Source of the DNA: an uncultured Actinomycetes bacterium
GTDB lineage: Bacteria > Actinomycetota > Thermoleophilia > UBA2241
Length of the DNA: 64,000 nt
NCBI GenBank assembly: GCA_963755025.1
Contig: CAVWIH010000030.1
Location: 64,001 to 128,000, forward strand
Reading direction: 5' to 3'
Shown: in pieces, positions 32,871 through 43,480 of the stretch
How the letters are laid out: every line of letters begins with the position of its first letter
Numbering within the stretch: the stretch's first letter is position 1
Made by a program: the position numbers and the translations under genes
The notes under the pieces: model-generated
What the model was told of the DNA's origin: nothing
Seen by the model: the letters and a program-made list of their open reading frames with translations, nothing else
Database searches by the model: none

Positions 32871-35612
32871 TCAGTAGGCCTGGATGTCGTCGTCCTTCAT
32901 GGCGGCCAGGACCTTCTCGGGCAGCGCCGGCAGGTGCCGCACGCGGGCGCCGCAGGCGTCGTGGATGGCGTTGATGATCGCCGTGTGCGGCGACGTCAGC
33001 GGGGCCTCGCCGCAGCCCGAGGCGCCGTACGGGCCGAGCGGCCGCGGCGTTTCGAGGTACAGCACGGTGAGGTCGTCGGTGACGTCTTTGGGGTACGGGA
33101 TGCCGCAGGCACGCATGTTGGTGTGCTTCTTCAGGTCGTCGAAGTCCTCGGTGAGGGCGAGGCCGATGCCCTGCGAGAGGCTGCCCCACATCTGACCGTC
33201 GACGTTCAGGCGGCTGTTGATGACGCCCACGTCGGTGCAGATGAGCAGGTGGTCGACGTGGGTCTTGCCGGTGGCCACCTCGACCGAGACCTCGGCGAGG
33301 AAGACGCTGTACATCCAGTTGGGGATGGGGTGTCCCTGACCGGTGTTGGGGTCGATGAGCACGGCCATGGTCTGGGTCCAGCTGCCTTCGTAGCGCAGGT
33401 CGAGGCCCTCGGCCACCATCTCGGCGTGGGTGCGGTAGGTGCCGTCGTCTTTGGTCATCGCGGCGATCAGCTTCTGGCAGGCGTCGACGATGGCGTGGCC
33501 GACGAGGACCTGCGAACGGCTGCCGCCGGCGCCGCCGCTGTCGGGGCAGTAGGAGGTGTCGTTCATGTCGAGGCTGATCTGCTCCATCTTCAGACCCAGC
33601 GGCATGAGCGCCTCGTGGGCCGTGCCCAGCGTGCCGCCGTCGGAGCCCTGGCCGTGGTCTTCCCAGGTGTTGTAGATGCGCACGCCGCCGTCGGGACGCA
33701 GCTCGGCGGCAGCGTTGGCGACGTCTTCGCCGTCGCCGCCGGCGCCGAAGATGCCGATCGAGATGCCGACGCCCTTCTTGATCTCGGGCGTGGAGTTCTC
33801 GGCCGTGCGCTTCTTGGCCGTGTCGTAGTAGGGCTTGACCATGTCGAAGAGCTTCTTGAACGAGTAGACCTCGTACTCCTGGCCCCACGAGTAGGTGGCG
33901 CCGGGCTCGGCGAGGTTCTTGTAGCGCAGCTCGAACGGGTCCATGCCCATCTTGCGGGCGAGCTCGTCGACGACGCTCTCACCGGCGAAGAAGGCCTGCG
34001 GCGAGCCCCAGGCGCGGAACGGCGAGCCCCAGGAGTGGTTGGTGCGCACCAGGTGGCCGGAGCCACGCATGTTGGGGATGTCGTAGCCGCCGCCGCAGAG
34101 CAGGCCTTTCTGCACGAGGTTGTCGCCGAACTCCATGTAGGGGCCGTGGTCGCACCACCAGTGGTTCTCCATGCCGAGGAACTTGCCGTTCTCGTCGGCG
34201 GCGAGCTTGCAGTGGTAGTAGTGCGGCGAGCGCTTGCCGGTGTAGGCGATGCTCATCCAGTAGTCGTACTTGAGGTAGACCATGCGGCCGGTCGCCATCT
34301 GCGCGGCGCCGAGCAGGGCCTCCATCGTGGGGCAGAACTTGTAGCCGAACGTGCCGCCGGTGGGGTTCTGGACCATGCGCAGGTTCTCGAGCTCGACGCC
34401 GAGGCCCTCGTTGATCATGGCCGCGTGGAAGTTGAGGGCGACGCTCTTGGAGTGGATCGTCAGGCGACCCGCGTCGTCGGTGTAGGCAAAGCCGCAGTCG
34501 GGCTCGAAGTACAGGTGTGGCTGGCGCTGCAGGTAGTACTTGCCTTCGGCCACGTGCGGCGCCGTCTTGAAGATGTCCTCGGTGTCCTCGCCCTTGATGA
34601 GCTGCTGGGTGAAGAACATGTTGGGCGTGCCGGGGTAGATCTCGATGGCGTCGTCGGCCATGGCGTCGAGGGCGTTCATGTAGGCCGGCAGCTCCTCGAG
34701 CTCGACCTTGACCTTGGGCACGGCCGCGCGGGCCTGCTCGATCGTGTCGGCGCAGACGATGGCCAGGGCGTCACCGTACTGGAACACCTTGGTGTCGCAC
34801 AGGATGGGGCGCTCCCAGCCGTCGGCCTTGACGTCGTCGGGGTACATGACGAGGCCGTTGATGCGGTTGCGGCCCTTGACGTCTTTGTGCGTGACGACCT
34901 TGAACACGCCGGGCATCTTCTCCGCCTCGGAGACGTCGATGGAGAGCACGTTGGCGTGCGACACCTGGGCGTGCACCACGGCGCAGTGCAGCGTGCCGGG
35001 CGGCATCTTGAGCTCGAGGTCGGCGCCGTAGTCGAGCGTGCCGGTGACCTTCGGGATAGCCGACGGCCGCGGGAAGCGCGTGTTCCAGATGTGGCCGTCC
35101 TCAGGCACCTTGTAGACGAGCTCGTCTTCGCTCATCTCGCCGCGCAGCACCTTGGCGGCGTCGATGACGGCGTCGACCAGCGGCTTGTAGCCGGTGCAGC
35201 GGCACACGTTGGCGTGCTTCTGCCACCAGTCGCGGATCTCTTCGCGGGTGGGGTCGGGGTTCTGGTCGAGCAGCGCCTTGGAGGAGACGATGAACCCGGG
35301 CGAGCAGTAGCCGCACTGGGCGCCGCCGTGGAGGATCCAGGCGAGCTGCAGGGCGTGGAGCCGGTCGGGCGTACCGATGCCCTCGATGGTCGTGATCTCC
35401 GATTCGGCCGGCACGCGCTTCATGGTGGTGGTGCAGGCGCGCACGACCTTGCCGTTCAAGATCACCGAGCAGCAGCCGCACTGGCCCTGGCCGCAGGCCA
35501 CCTTGGTGCCGGTGAGGCCCGCCTGGTGGCGAATGACGTCGGCCAGCTTCTCGGTCGAGTCGCACATGACGTTGGTCGGTATGCCGTTGATGTTGAGAAG
35601 TTTCCTATCCAT
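32871..35612 (-). CDS. mop: Molybdopterin-dependent aldehyde oxidoreductase (Mop, xanthine oxidase family, 2x[2Fe-2S])
   Basis: GTKVACGQGQCGCCSV, QCGYCSPGF, NVCRCTGYKP, GGTFGYK, FRAWGSPQ, WEDHGQG, GGSRSQ, GPYGASGCGE. 913 aa, similar to Desulfovibrio Mop. Confidence 0.93.
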   Translation of the reverse strand: MDRKLLNINGIPTNVMCDSTEKLADVIRHQAGLTGTKVACGQGQCGCCSVILNGKVVRACTTTMKRVPAESEITTIEGIGTPDRLHALQLAWILHGGAQCGYCSPGFIVSSKALLDQNPDPTREEIRDWWQKHANVCRCTGYKPLVDAVIDAAKVLRGEMSEDELVYKVPEDGHIWNTRFPRPSAIPKVTGTLDYGADLELKMPPGTLHCAVVHAQVSHANVLSIDVSEAEKMPGVFKVVTHKDVKGRNRINGLVMYPDDVKADGWERPILCDTKVFQYGDALAIVCADTIEQARAAVPKVKVELEELPAYMNALDAMADDAIEIYPGTPNMFFTQQLIKGEDTEDIFKTAPHVAEGKYYLQRQPHLYFEPDCGFAYTDDAGRLTIHSKSVALNFHAAMINEGLGVELENLRMVQNPTGGTFGYKFCPTMEALLGAAQMATGRMVYLKYDYWMSIAYTGKRSPHYYHCKLAADENGKFLGMENHWWCDHGPYMEFGDNLVQKGLLCGGGYDIPNMRGSGHLVRTNHSWGSPFRAWGSPQAFFAGESVVDELARKMGMDPFELRYKNLAEPGATYSWGQEYEVYSFKKLFDMVKPYYDTAKKRTAENSTPEIKKGVGISIGIFGAGGDGEDVANAAAELRPDGGVRIYNTWEDHGQGSDGGTLGTAHEALMPLGLKMEQISLDMNDTSYCPDSGGAGGSRSQVLVGHAIVDACQKLIAAMTKDDGTYRTHAEMVAEGLDLRYEGSWTQTMAVLIDPNTGQGHPIPNWMYSVFLAEVSVEVATGKTHVDHLLICTDVGVINSRLNVDGQMWGSLSQGIGLALTEDFDDLKKHTNMRACGIPYPKDVTDDLTVLYLETPRPLGPYGASGCGEAPLTSPHTAIINAIHDACGARVRHLPALPEKVLAAMKDDDIQAY

Positions 35613-35720
35613 GCATGGCTCCTGAGGATGGTGTTGCGGTCGCCGGCGGCGTGCGCAGACGCTGGTCGTCGGGCGCGCAGCGGCCCGGGTAGGGAACGGA
35701 CGGGACGGCTCTGTGTGCTC

Positions 35721-36539
35721 TCACTCCTTCGCGCTCGGCAGACGGTCGCGCCGCACGGGCGCGCGGCCCGGCTCGGCGGCGACACGCGAACAGACGCAGT
35801 ACACCTTGCGTACGTATGGTTTCATGCCGGGCGTCGCGGCCCCGTGGCGCACCGCTTTCTCGACGGCGGCCGCGTTGCACGTGACGATCCCGGCGAGCGC
35901 CGTGAGAGGCAGATGGGCGAACGCTTCGGGCACCAGCGGCGTGCTCGGCCCCATGATGATCGAGCGCACCCCGGGCCCTGTGGCCAGGAGCAGCTCCTCG
36001 GCGCTTTCGTTTAGGAGCGTGGTCGCCGTCATGATCAGCACGTCGGTCCACGAACCCAGGCGGGCGCGGAACTCGAGCGGGTCGCCGAGCCCCAGCGACG
36101 AGTCGATGACGTCGAGCTCGACGCCGAGCTCGGGCAGCGCGCGCGCCAGCGGCGGAAAGTAGCCCACCATGGAGACGTGCGTGCCGGCGCCGATGTCGGC
36201 GAGCCGCAGCGAGAGGCTGAGCGGCGCGCCCGTGTCGTCGGCCAGGCCGCGCGCGCGGTGGTGCTGCAAGGCGTTGACGGTCGCGAGGCCGATGCTGCGC
36301 TGAAAGGGGTCGTCGCTCAGCAGCCGGTCGAGCAGCACGACGGCGCCCTCGCCTTCGACGTCGCGGTAGCCGTTGCCGTAGGAGCGCCGGTCCTTGTCGT
36401 CGACCCAGGTGTACGACAGCCCGAGGCCGCCGTCGCCGGTGGCGACCGCCGTGTAGCCCAGCCCCACGGTGAGTGACGCCACGCTCGTGGCCTCCGCCAG
36501 CGGCAGCGACTCGTCGTACAGGCGTTGCATCAGATACAT
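35721..36539 (-). CDS. DUF364/Rossmann-like (putative metal- or pterin-binding) protein
   Basis: VGLGYTAV..GLSYT, RSIGLATVNAL, MVGYFPP, TATTLLN, MGPSTPL. Confidence 0.8.
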   Translation of the reverse strand: MYLMQRLYDESLPLAEATSVASLTVGLGYTAVATGDGGLGLSYTWVDDKDRRSYGNGYRDVEGEGAVVLLDRLLSDDPFQRSIGLATVNALQHHRARGLADDTGAPLSLSLRLADIGAGTHVSMVGYFPPLARALPELGVELDVIDSSLGLGDPLEFRARLGSWTDVLIMTATTLLNESAEELLLATGPGVRSIIMGPSTPLVPEAFAHLPLTALAGIVTCNAAAVEKAVRHGAATPGMKPYVRKVYCVCSRVAAEPGRAPVRRDRLPSAKE

Positions 36540-36694
36540 GCGGCCCTCACTGGTCCCCCCTGGCGCGCTTGGCTTTGGCCACCTGTCGGTCGCCCATCAG
36601 TCAGACACGAGCCCGTGGCCGCGGACCGACAGACCGGTGGCTCCGCCAGGGAAGCTCACTTGCAGGCACATCGTGGTCGCCGCGCGGCCGTTGC

Positions 36695-36726
36695 ATTCTA
36701 GTCGTTGTTTCCGCGCGAACACAACG
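36695..36726 (-). promoter_or_regulatory. -10 element (TAGAAT) with an adjacent ModE-like box, for the DUF364-mop operon
   Basis: CGTTGTTT-N8-ACACAACG at 36703-36726; TAGAAT on the minus strand at 36695-36700. Confidence 0.65.
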
Positions 36727-36926
36727 CGCCGCACGCTACGCAACGATGGCTCGGAGGGCTCCCCATTGGACAAGGCGGCGCGTCCCGTACGGGACGCGCC
36801 GCCTTGTCGCACGCGTTTCATGCCTGCGCCGCATGTCCACACGGGCGGCGCGTGGCGCGCCGCCCGGCGATGCGGCGCCGCTCAGCCGGGCGGCGCGCGA
36901 TGCGCCGCACGGCGGAGCGGCAGTGC

Positions 36927-39641
36927 TCAGACGGCCGGCGCGGCGCCCGTGAGGGCGCTCTCGAGCTCCTTTTCGATGCGCACCGCGCAGACCTTGAACT
37001 CGGCCGTCTTGGTGACCGGGTCGAAGGCCGAGTTGGTGAGCTCGTTGACCGGCGATTCCTTGTAGTGGAAGGTCATGAACACGACGCCCTCGGGCACGAC
37101 GTCGGTGACCGTCACGCGGGTGGCGATCGAGCCACGGCGGCTCACGACGCGCGCCGTGTCGCCCTCGGCGAGGCCCAGCCGCTCGGCGTCGAGCGGGTTC
37201 ATCTGGGCGAGCTCGTGGGGCCGCAGCGCCTCGAGGTTGGCCGAGTGGCGCGTCATGATGTTGTAGTGGTAGAGCATGCGCCCCGTGGTGAGCAGGATGG
37301 GGTACTCGTCGGTGCACAGCTCGGCCGGCGCCTCGTACTCGATGCCCTGCAGCAGTCCCTTGCCGCGCGTGAAACCGGCGGCGTGCAGGAACTTGGTGCC
37401 CGGGTGCTCGGTGTCGGGGCAGGGCCACTGCAGCCCCACCTTGTCGATGCGCTCGTAGCTGATGCCGGCGTACTGCGGCACCAGGGTGCGCATCTCGTTG
37501 AAGATGTCCTCGGGCGAGTCGTAGTGCATCTCGTGGCCCAGGCGGCAGGAGAGGTCGGCGATGATCTGCCAGTCGGGCCGGCACTCGCCGGGCGCCTCGA
37601 CCGCCTTGCGCACGCGCTGCACGCGGCGCTCGGTGTTGGTGAAGGTGCCGTCCTTCTCTGCGTAGCAGGCCGCCGGCAAGAAGACGTCGGCGTACTTGGC
37701 GGTCTCGGTCATGAAGAGGTTCTGGGCGACCAGGAACTCGAGGCTCTCGAGCGCCTTGCGCACGTGGTTGGCGTCGGCGTCGGTGAGCGCCGGGTCTTCG
37801 CCCATGACGAACATGGCCTTGACCTTGCCGTAGACGGCCATGTCGAGCATCTCGGGAATGCGCAGGCCCATCTTCTCGGGCATGGTCACGCCGTAGGCGG
37901 CCGAGAAGCGCGCCCTGGCGGCTTCGTCGTTGACGCTCGGGTAGCCCGGCAGCGAGTTGGGCAGCGCGCCCATGTCGCAGGAGCCCTGCACGTTGTTCTG
38001 GCCGCGCAGCGGGTTGACGCCGGCGTTCTCGACGCCGATGTGGCCGGTGACCATGGCCAGGTTGGCCAGGTTCATGACGTTGGCCGTGCCGGTGGTGTGC
38101 TCGGTGATGCCCAGGGTGTAGAAGATGCCGGCCTTGGGCGTGAGCGCGTAGAGCTCGGCGGCCTCGCGGATCTGCGCGACCGGCACGCCGGTGATCTCGC
38201 TGACGCGCTCGGGCGGGTAGTGCTGCACGACCTTCCAGAGGTCGTCGAAGTTCTCGCAGCGCTCGTCGATGTAGGCCTTGTCGTGCCAGTCGTTGCTGAT
38301 GATCAGGTAGAGCAGGCCGTTGACCAGGGCGTTATCGGTGCCCGGCCGCAGGCGCAGCCAGAGGTGCGCGTAGTCGGCCAGCTCGGTGCGCCGCGGGTCG
38401 ACCACGATCAGCTTGGCGCCGTTCATGGTGACGGCGCGCTTCATCTTGTTGCCGATGATCGGGTGCGCCTCGGGGGCGTTGGAGCCGATGATGAAGAGCA
38501 CGTCGTTGAACTCGATCTCGCCGATCGAGTTGGTCATCGCGCCTGAACCCAACGTGGCGGCCAGACCGGCCACCGTAGGAGCGTGTCAGGTACGTGCGCA
38601 GTGATCGATGCTGTTCGTGTTCAGGCCCGCGCGGGTGAGCCGTTGCAGCAGGTAGTTCTCTTCGTTGGTGCAGCGCGCGGAGCTGAGCACGGCGAGGGCG
38701 TCGGGCCCCTCGCGCTCCTTGATCTCGAGGAACTTCGAGGCGACGAGGTCGAGCGCCTCGTCCCAGCTGGCCTGCTCGAACACGCCGTCGCGCTTGATGA
38801 GCGGCGTCGTGATGCGGTCGGGGCTCGAGATCATGTCGGTGTGAAAGCGGCCCTTGACGCACAGCGAGCCCTCGTTCACGGGGGCGTCGTAAGTTGGCCG
38901 TGACGCCGATCGACCTTGTCGTCGTGCACGTTCAGGTCGAAGTTGCAGCCCACGCCGCAGAACGGGCAGGTGGTGCGCACCTTGGTGCGGTCCCAGCTGC
39001 GCGTGCCCTTGAGCTGCTTGTTGACGAGCGCGCCCGTGGGGCACACGTCGACGCACTGGCCGCAGAAGCGGCAGAAGTCTTTGGCGAGCGGGTGGTCGAA
39101 CGAGGTGGTCACCGTGGAGTCGAAGCCGCGGCCGGCGAAGTCGACGGCGTTGGTGACCTGGACCTCGGCGCAGACGCGCGCGCACTTGCCGCACAGGATG
39201 CACTTGTTCTGGTCGCGCTGGATGAGGTGGTTGTCGTCGTCGAGCTCGAAGTCTCTTCTTGGCGCCCTTGACGAAGCTCGTGTGGTCGACGCCGTAGCGG
39301 TAGCAGTACTCCTGCAGCAGGCAGTCGCCGGCCTGCTCGCAGATGAGGCAGTCCTGGGGGTGGTCGGAGAGCAGCAGGTCGAGCACGGTGCGCCGCGCGT
39401 CGACGACGGCCTCGGACTCGGTGTGCACGACGATGCCGTCGGCCACCGGGGTGGCGCAGGCGGCCGCCAGGTTGGGCCGGCCCTCGATCTCGACGCTGCA
39501 CAGGCGGCAGGCGCCGAAGGTGGTCAGGGTCTTGTCGTAGCAGAGCGCCGGAATGTCGATGCCGACGCTCGCCGCGGCGTCGAGAATGGACGTGCCGGGC
39601 GGCACGGCGACTGCCTGCCCGTTGATCTCGAGCTCGACCAT
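36927..39641 (-). CDS. fdhF: Selenocysteine-containing formate dehydrogenase alpha subunit with N-terminal FeS domains; compensating frameshifts near 39250 and 38900
   Basis: GACRLC, HPQDCLICEQAGDC.LQ, CRFCGQCVDVCP, TTCPFCGVGC, LCVKG, IDHCART-U(TGA 38586-38588)-HAPTVAGL, PLRGQNNVQG.CDMG, EKDGTFTNTERRVQ, LTTGR..HY, DPVTKTAEFK. Confidence 0.93.
38556..38574 (-). promoter_or_regulatory. Bacterial SECIS hairpin
   Basis: GGUGGCC-GGUCU-GGCCGCC starting 11 nt after the UGA; spacing and loop resemble the E. coli fdhF SECIS. Confidence 0.85.
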
Positions 39642-39760
39642 CAAATCATCCCTCCGCGTCACCGGGAACAGCTTCAGCGCGCCGGCGAGCCGCATGACCG
39701 TCGGGCCAGACGGGTTCGCGCTCGGGCGGCGGCGGTGCGACTCGCTTCGCAACACCTCGG

Positions 39761-39792
39761 ATTGTAGCCGTTATTCCGAAGACGGGCCAACG
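39761..39792 (-). promoter_or_regulatory. -10 element (TACAAT) with an adjacent ModE-like box, for fdhF
   Basis: CGTTATTC-N8-GGCCAACG at 39769-39792; TACAAT on the minus strand at 39761-39766. Confidence 0.55.
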
Positions 39793-40199
39793 CCCGGCGG
39801 CTCCGCGGGCGGCGGCTGCGGCGTCTGCGGCGCCGGCTGGGGCGTCTGCGGCGCCGGCTGCAGCCCCGGCCAGTCCGAGAAATGCGCGAGGAACAGGCGC
39901 TCGAGCTCGCGATCGGCGTCGGCGCGCAGCTCCTGGTAGCGCTTCAGGAGCTCCTCGCCCTGGGGGCTGAGCCGTGACCCGCCGCCCTCTTTGCCGCCCA
40001 CCTGCCGCTCGAGGAGCGCAAAGCCGAGGCGCTCTTCGGCCGCACGCAGGCTGCGCCAGGCCTTGTTGTACGACATGCCGAGCGCGGCCGCGGCCTTGCT
40101 GAGCGAGCCTTCGGTGCGCACCAGGTCGAGGAGAGCGGCCGGCCCCTCGCCGAAGGCGCGGCCGTTCGACTCGAGCCACAGTCTGTAGGCGAGTCGCAT
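39771..40199 (-). CDS. modE: ModE-type winged-HTH regulator, DNA-binding domain only
   Basis: RLWLE..AFGEGPAALL..GSLSKAAAALGMSYNKAW..AEERLGFALLERQVGGKEGGGSRLSPQG. PQTPQPA repeat tail. Confidence 0.88.
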   Translation of the reverse strand: MRLAYRLWLESNGRAFGEGPAALLDLVRTEGSLSKAAAALGMSYNKAWRSLRAAEERLGFALLERQVGGKEGGGSRLSPQGEELLKRYQELRADADRELERLFLAHFSDWPGLQPAPQTPQPAPQTPQPPPAEPPGVGPSSE

Positions 40200-40346
40200 G
40201 CGCGGGCCCCCGGTGTCGACGTTGTCTGGTCGTTGTCGCGGCGCGCCGGTCGCCGGGCGCGGGTCGTGGTTGAAGCGCGCCGGTCACGGGCGCGCTGGTC
40301 GCTACTTGAACGCGCCGGTCGCCCGGCGCTGGTCGTGCACGAGAGC

Positions 40347-41054
40347 CTACTCCTCGGCGCGCCCCTCGGCGTAGTCCCCGGCGATCACCCAGACGAACAC
40401 CTCGCCCGGGCCGTGCACGCCCACGACGTGGATGGCGGCCAAGTCCGAGGTGCTGCTGGGCCCGCTGATGAAGCTCACGCAGCTCGGCAGCGCGGGGCCT
40501 GCGCCGGGCAGCGCGCGCAGCACGTCGCCGATCGTCGGCACGATGCAGCGCTTCGCCACAAAGAAGCCCGCCGCCGGCGGCACGAGCGAGTAGCCGCGCC
40601 GCACCGCGGCGCTGCTGCACACCACCACCGAGCCCGTCTCGGCCACCGCCCAGTCGGCCCGGCTGAGGCCGAACGGCGCCTCGCGCGCCTCGAGCGTGTG
40701 GCGCGCCGCGACACCGTCCCAGCACAGGTCGGCCGCGCAGGCGACGGCGCCCCAGCCGCGCTCGGCGATCAGGCGCTCGACCCCCTCCTGAGCCTGCGCG
40801 AGCGACGCCACTTGGGCGACGGTCACGCCCAGCCCGGCGAGCCGCTCGACGAAGAGAGCCGTCGGGTCGGGCGCAGAGGACGCGACTCGACGGGCGCGGC
40901 GGGCGCGGGCGCGGCGGGCGCAGGCGCGCTCGCCGCCGGCTTGCCGGCGGATGCGAGCGGCGCGTCCGCCGCGCCGGCCACATCCGGCGCGGGCGTGGCC
41001 GCATCCGGCGCCAGCCGCAGCCGCAATCTCTCGACGGAACGCCTCGCGCTCCAC
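40347..41054 (-). CDS. lutC: Lactate utilization protein C (LUD domain)
   Basis: [25 protein letters not shown]...VVGVHGP. The N-terminal region has compensating frameshifts. Confidence 0.88.
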   Translation of the reverse strand: MEREAFRREIAAAAGAGCGHARAGCGRRGGRAARIRRQAGGERACARRARARRARRVASSAPDPTALFVERLAGLGVTVAQVASLAQAQEGVERLIAERGWGAVACAADLCWDGVAARHTLEAREAPFGLSRADWAVAETGSVVVCSSAAVRRGYSLVPPAAGFFVAKRCIVPTIGDVLRALPGAGPALPSCVSFISGPSSTSDLAAIHVVGVHGPGEVFVWVIAGDYAEGRAEE

Positions 41055-41055
41055 G

Positions 41056-42695
41056 CTAGCCTCTCCCCGCTCCTGGTCGGTCGGCTCGCCGGGCGCGCCG
41101 ACCGCCGGGACGCGGCGCCTGCCCACCGGGGCGCGCCTGCCCGCCGGGGCGCGCCCGCCCGCCGGGGCGCGCCGGCCCGCCGGGGTGCCGTCCACCGGGC
41201 GCGCCGGCCCGCCGCCGCGCGCCGGCCCGCGACGCCCACAGGGCGCGGAAGCTGCCGCGCTGCGGCGCCGGGAACTCGCGGTCGCGCGTCCAGGCGCCCA
41301 GCGGACCGCGGCCGCGCAGCGGCGCGCCGGCGGCCGTCATGAGCCGCAGCAGCGGCAGGGCGACGGCCTCGAGCGCGCCCCACAGGCGCGGCCGGCGGGC
41401 GACGGCGGCGAAGCCGGCAAAGCCGGCGCCCCACGCCGGCGCCACGAGGCCCTGCTCCACCGCGTCTTCGCGCAGCTCGCGGATGAGCTCGGCCAGCGGT
41501 ATGCGCGCCGAGCAGACCTCGGTGCAGGCGCCGCACAGGCTGCTGGCGAACGGGCAGCTCGGCGTGGCAGGCGAGGCCGTCGAGCAGCGGGCTGAACACG
41601 GCGCCGATGGGCCCCGTGTAGACGGCGTCGTAAGCGTGACCGCCGATCTTGCGATAGACCGGGCACACGTCGAGGCAGGCGCCGCAGCGGATGCACGACA
41701 GCACCTGCTCGTACTTGCGAGCCCAGCATGCGCGAGCGGCCGTTGTCGACGATCACCACGTGCAGCTCTTCGGGGCCGTCGGCCTCGCCGGCGCGCCGCG
41801 GCCCGGTGAGGGCCGTCACGTAGGTGGTCGCGCGCAGGCCCACCCCGGCGCGGGGCAGCACCTTGAGGATGGCCTCGAGGTCGGGGAAGGTCGGCACCAG
41901 GCGCTCCACGCCCATGACCACCACGTGCGTGCGCGGCAGGGTGGTGACCATGCGGCCGTTGCCCTCGTTGGTCACCAGCACGACCGAGCCGGTGGCCGCC
42001 ACGCCGAAGTTGGCGCCCGAGATGCCCATGTCGGCGGCGAAGAACTTCTCGCGCAGCGTGTCGCGCGCGTAGCGGGTCATGGCGTGGGCGTCGCCCCCCA
42101 CGTCGCGGCCGGCGGCCTTCGAGAAGAGCGCGCGTATGCGGTCGAGCGGCAGGTGGATGGCGGGCTTGAGGATGTGGAAGGGCCGTTCGCCGGCGAGCTG
42201 TACGATGAACTCGCCCAGATCGGTCTCGACGACCTCGACGCCGGCCGCCTCGAGGGCCGGGTTCAGGCCGATCTCCTCGGTGACCATCGACTTCGACTTC
42301 ACCACGAGCCGCACGCCGCGCTCCTCAGCCAGGCCCACCACGTGGCGGCGCGCCTCGGCGGCGTCGGCGGCGAAGAAGACGTGGCCGCCGACCTTCTCGA
42401 CGTTGCCCGCGAACTCCTCGACGTAGCGGTCGAGGTGGGCCAGCGTGGCGGCGCGCACGCGCGCGACCTCGTCGAGGGCGAGCGGCCAGTCGGGCGCCGC
42501 GCGCGCCGCGGCGCTCAGCGCCTGCACGTAGTCCTGGCCGGCGGCCAGCACCTGCTGCAGCGCGGGGTCGCCCAGGGCGCGCTCGACGCGCTCGTCGAAG
42601 GCGCGGCGCGAGGCGGCGCTCGCCTGCCGGCGCGGGGCGGCGCTCGTCGACCCGCCCGTCGCGGCGCTCGATGGCCGGTGCGACGCGGCGCTCAC
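41056..42695 (-). CDS. lutB: L-lactate oxidation iron-sulfur protein LutB; frameshifted
   Basis: [86 protein letters not shown]. Confidence 0.92.
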
Positions 42696-43480
42696 TCCCG
42701 CCACCCCGCCGCCAGCACCTCGGCCAGGTGGCGCACCTCGACGGCGTGACCGCGGCGCCGCAGCCGGCCCTCGATGTTCATGAGACAGCTCATGTCGAGC
42801 CCCACCAGCAGGTCGGCGCCGGTCGCGAGCACGCCGTCGACCTTCTCGTCGACCATGGCCGTCGAGATGCGCGCCATCTTCACGGCGAAGGTGCCGCCGA
42901 AGCCGCAGCACAGCTCGGGGTGGGCGAGCGGCCGGTACTCGAGGCCCTCGACCATGGCCAGCAGGCGCTCAGGCTGCTCGACGACGCCCAGCAGGCGGCG
43001 CGTGTGGCACGAGTGGTGGAAGGTCGCGGTAGCGCGCCGCGCCACGGGCAGCTCCTCGACGCCGAGCACGTCGACCAGGAACTCGGAGAACTCGAAGGTG
43101 CGCGCGGCCAGCGCGGCGGCGGCCTCCTGCTCGGGCCGTCCGGCGAAGAGCCGCGGGAACCCGTCGCGCACCATGGCCGCGCACGAGCCCGAGACGGAGA
43201 CCACGTACTCGCTGTCGGCGAAGGCTTGCAGAAAGGCGCGCGCGGCGCTGCGCGCCGCGCCTGCGTGGCCGGCGTTGTAGGCGGGCTGCCCGCAACAGGT
43301 CTGCCCGCCGGGAAAGTCGACCGCCACGCCGAGCCCGGCGAGCACCTCGACCGCGGCCACCCCGACGCGCGGGTAGAGCGCGTCGCCCAGGCAGGTGATC
43401 ATGAGCGAGGCGCTGACCGGCGTCGCGCCGTCCGCCCGCGATGTCGGGGCCGAAAGCGGCGCGTGCGGCTCGGCGCTCAT
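42692..43480 (-). CDS. lutA: Lactate utilization protein A (CCG domains)
   Basis: ITCLGD, QTCCGQPAYNAG, SGSCAAM, HHSCH, CCGFGGTFAVK, DMSCLMNI. Confidence 0.93.
   Translation of the reverse strand: MSAEPHAPLSAPTSRADGATPVSASLMITCLGDALYPRVGVAAVEVLAGLGVAVDFPGGQTCCGQPAYNAGHAGAARSAARAFLQAFADSEYVVSVSGSCAAMVRDGFPRLFAGRPEQEAAAALAARTFEFSEFLVDVLGVEELPVARRATATFHHSCHTRRLLGVVEQPERLLAMVEGLEYRPLAHPELCCGFGGTFAVKMARISTAMVDEKVDGVLATGADLLVGLDMSCLMNIEGRLRRRGHAVEVRHLAEVLAAGWRE

Noticed and set aside
39645-39760. Second Moco riboswitch in the fdhF leader
   Set aside because: Lacks the CCUCCC..GGAAAGGAG and AGGG..GAAAC core.
40240-40335. Three degenerate ~34-nt repeats between lutC and modE as CRISPR or REP elements
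   Set aside because: Tandem, without unique spacers, and not seen elsewhere in the window; consistent with the general tandem-duplication pattern.
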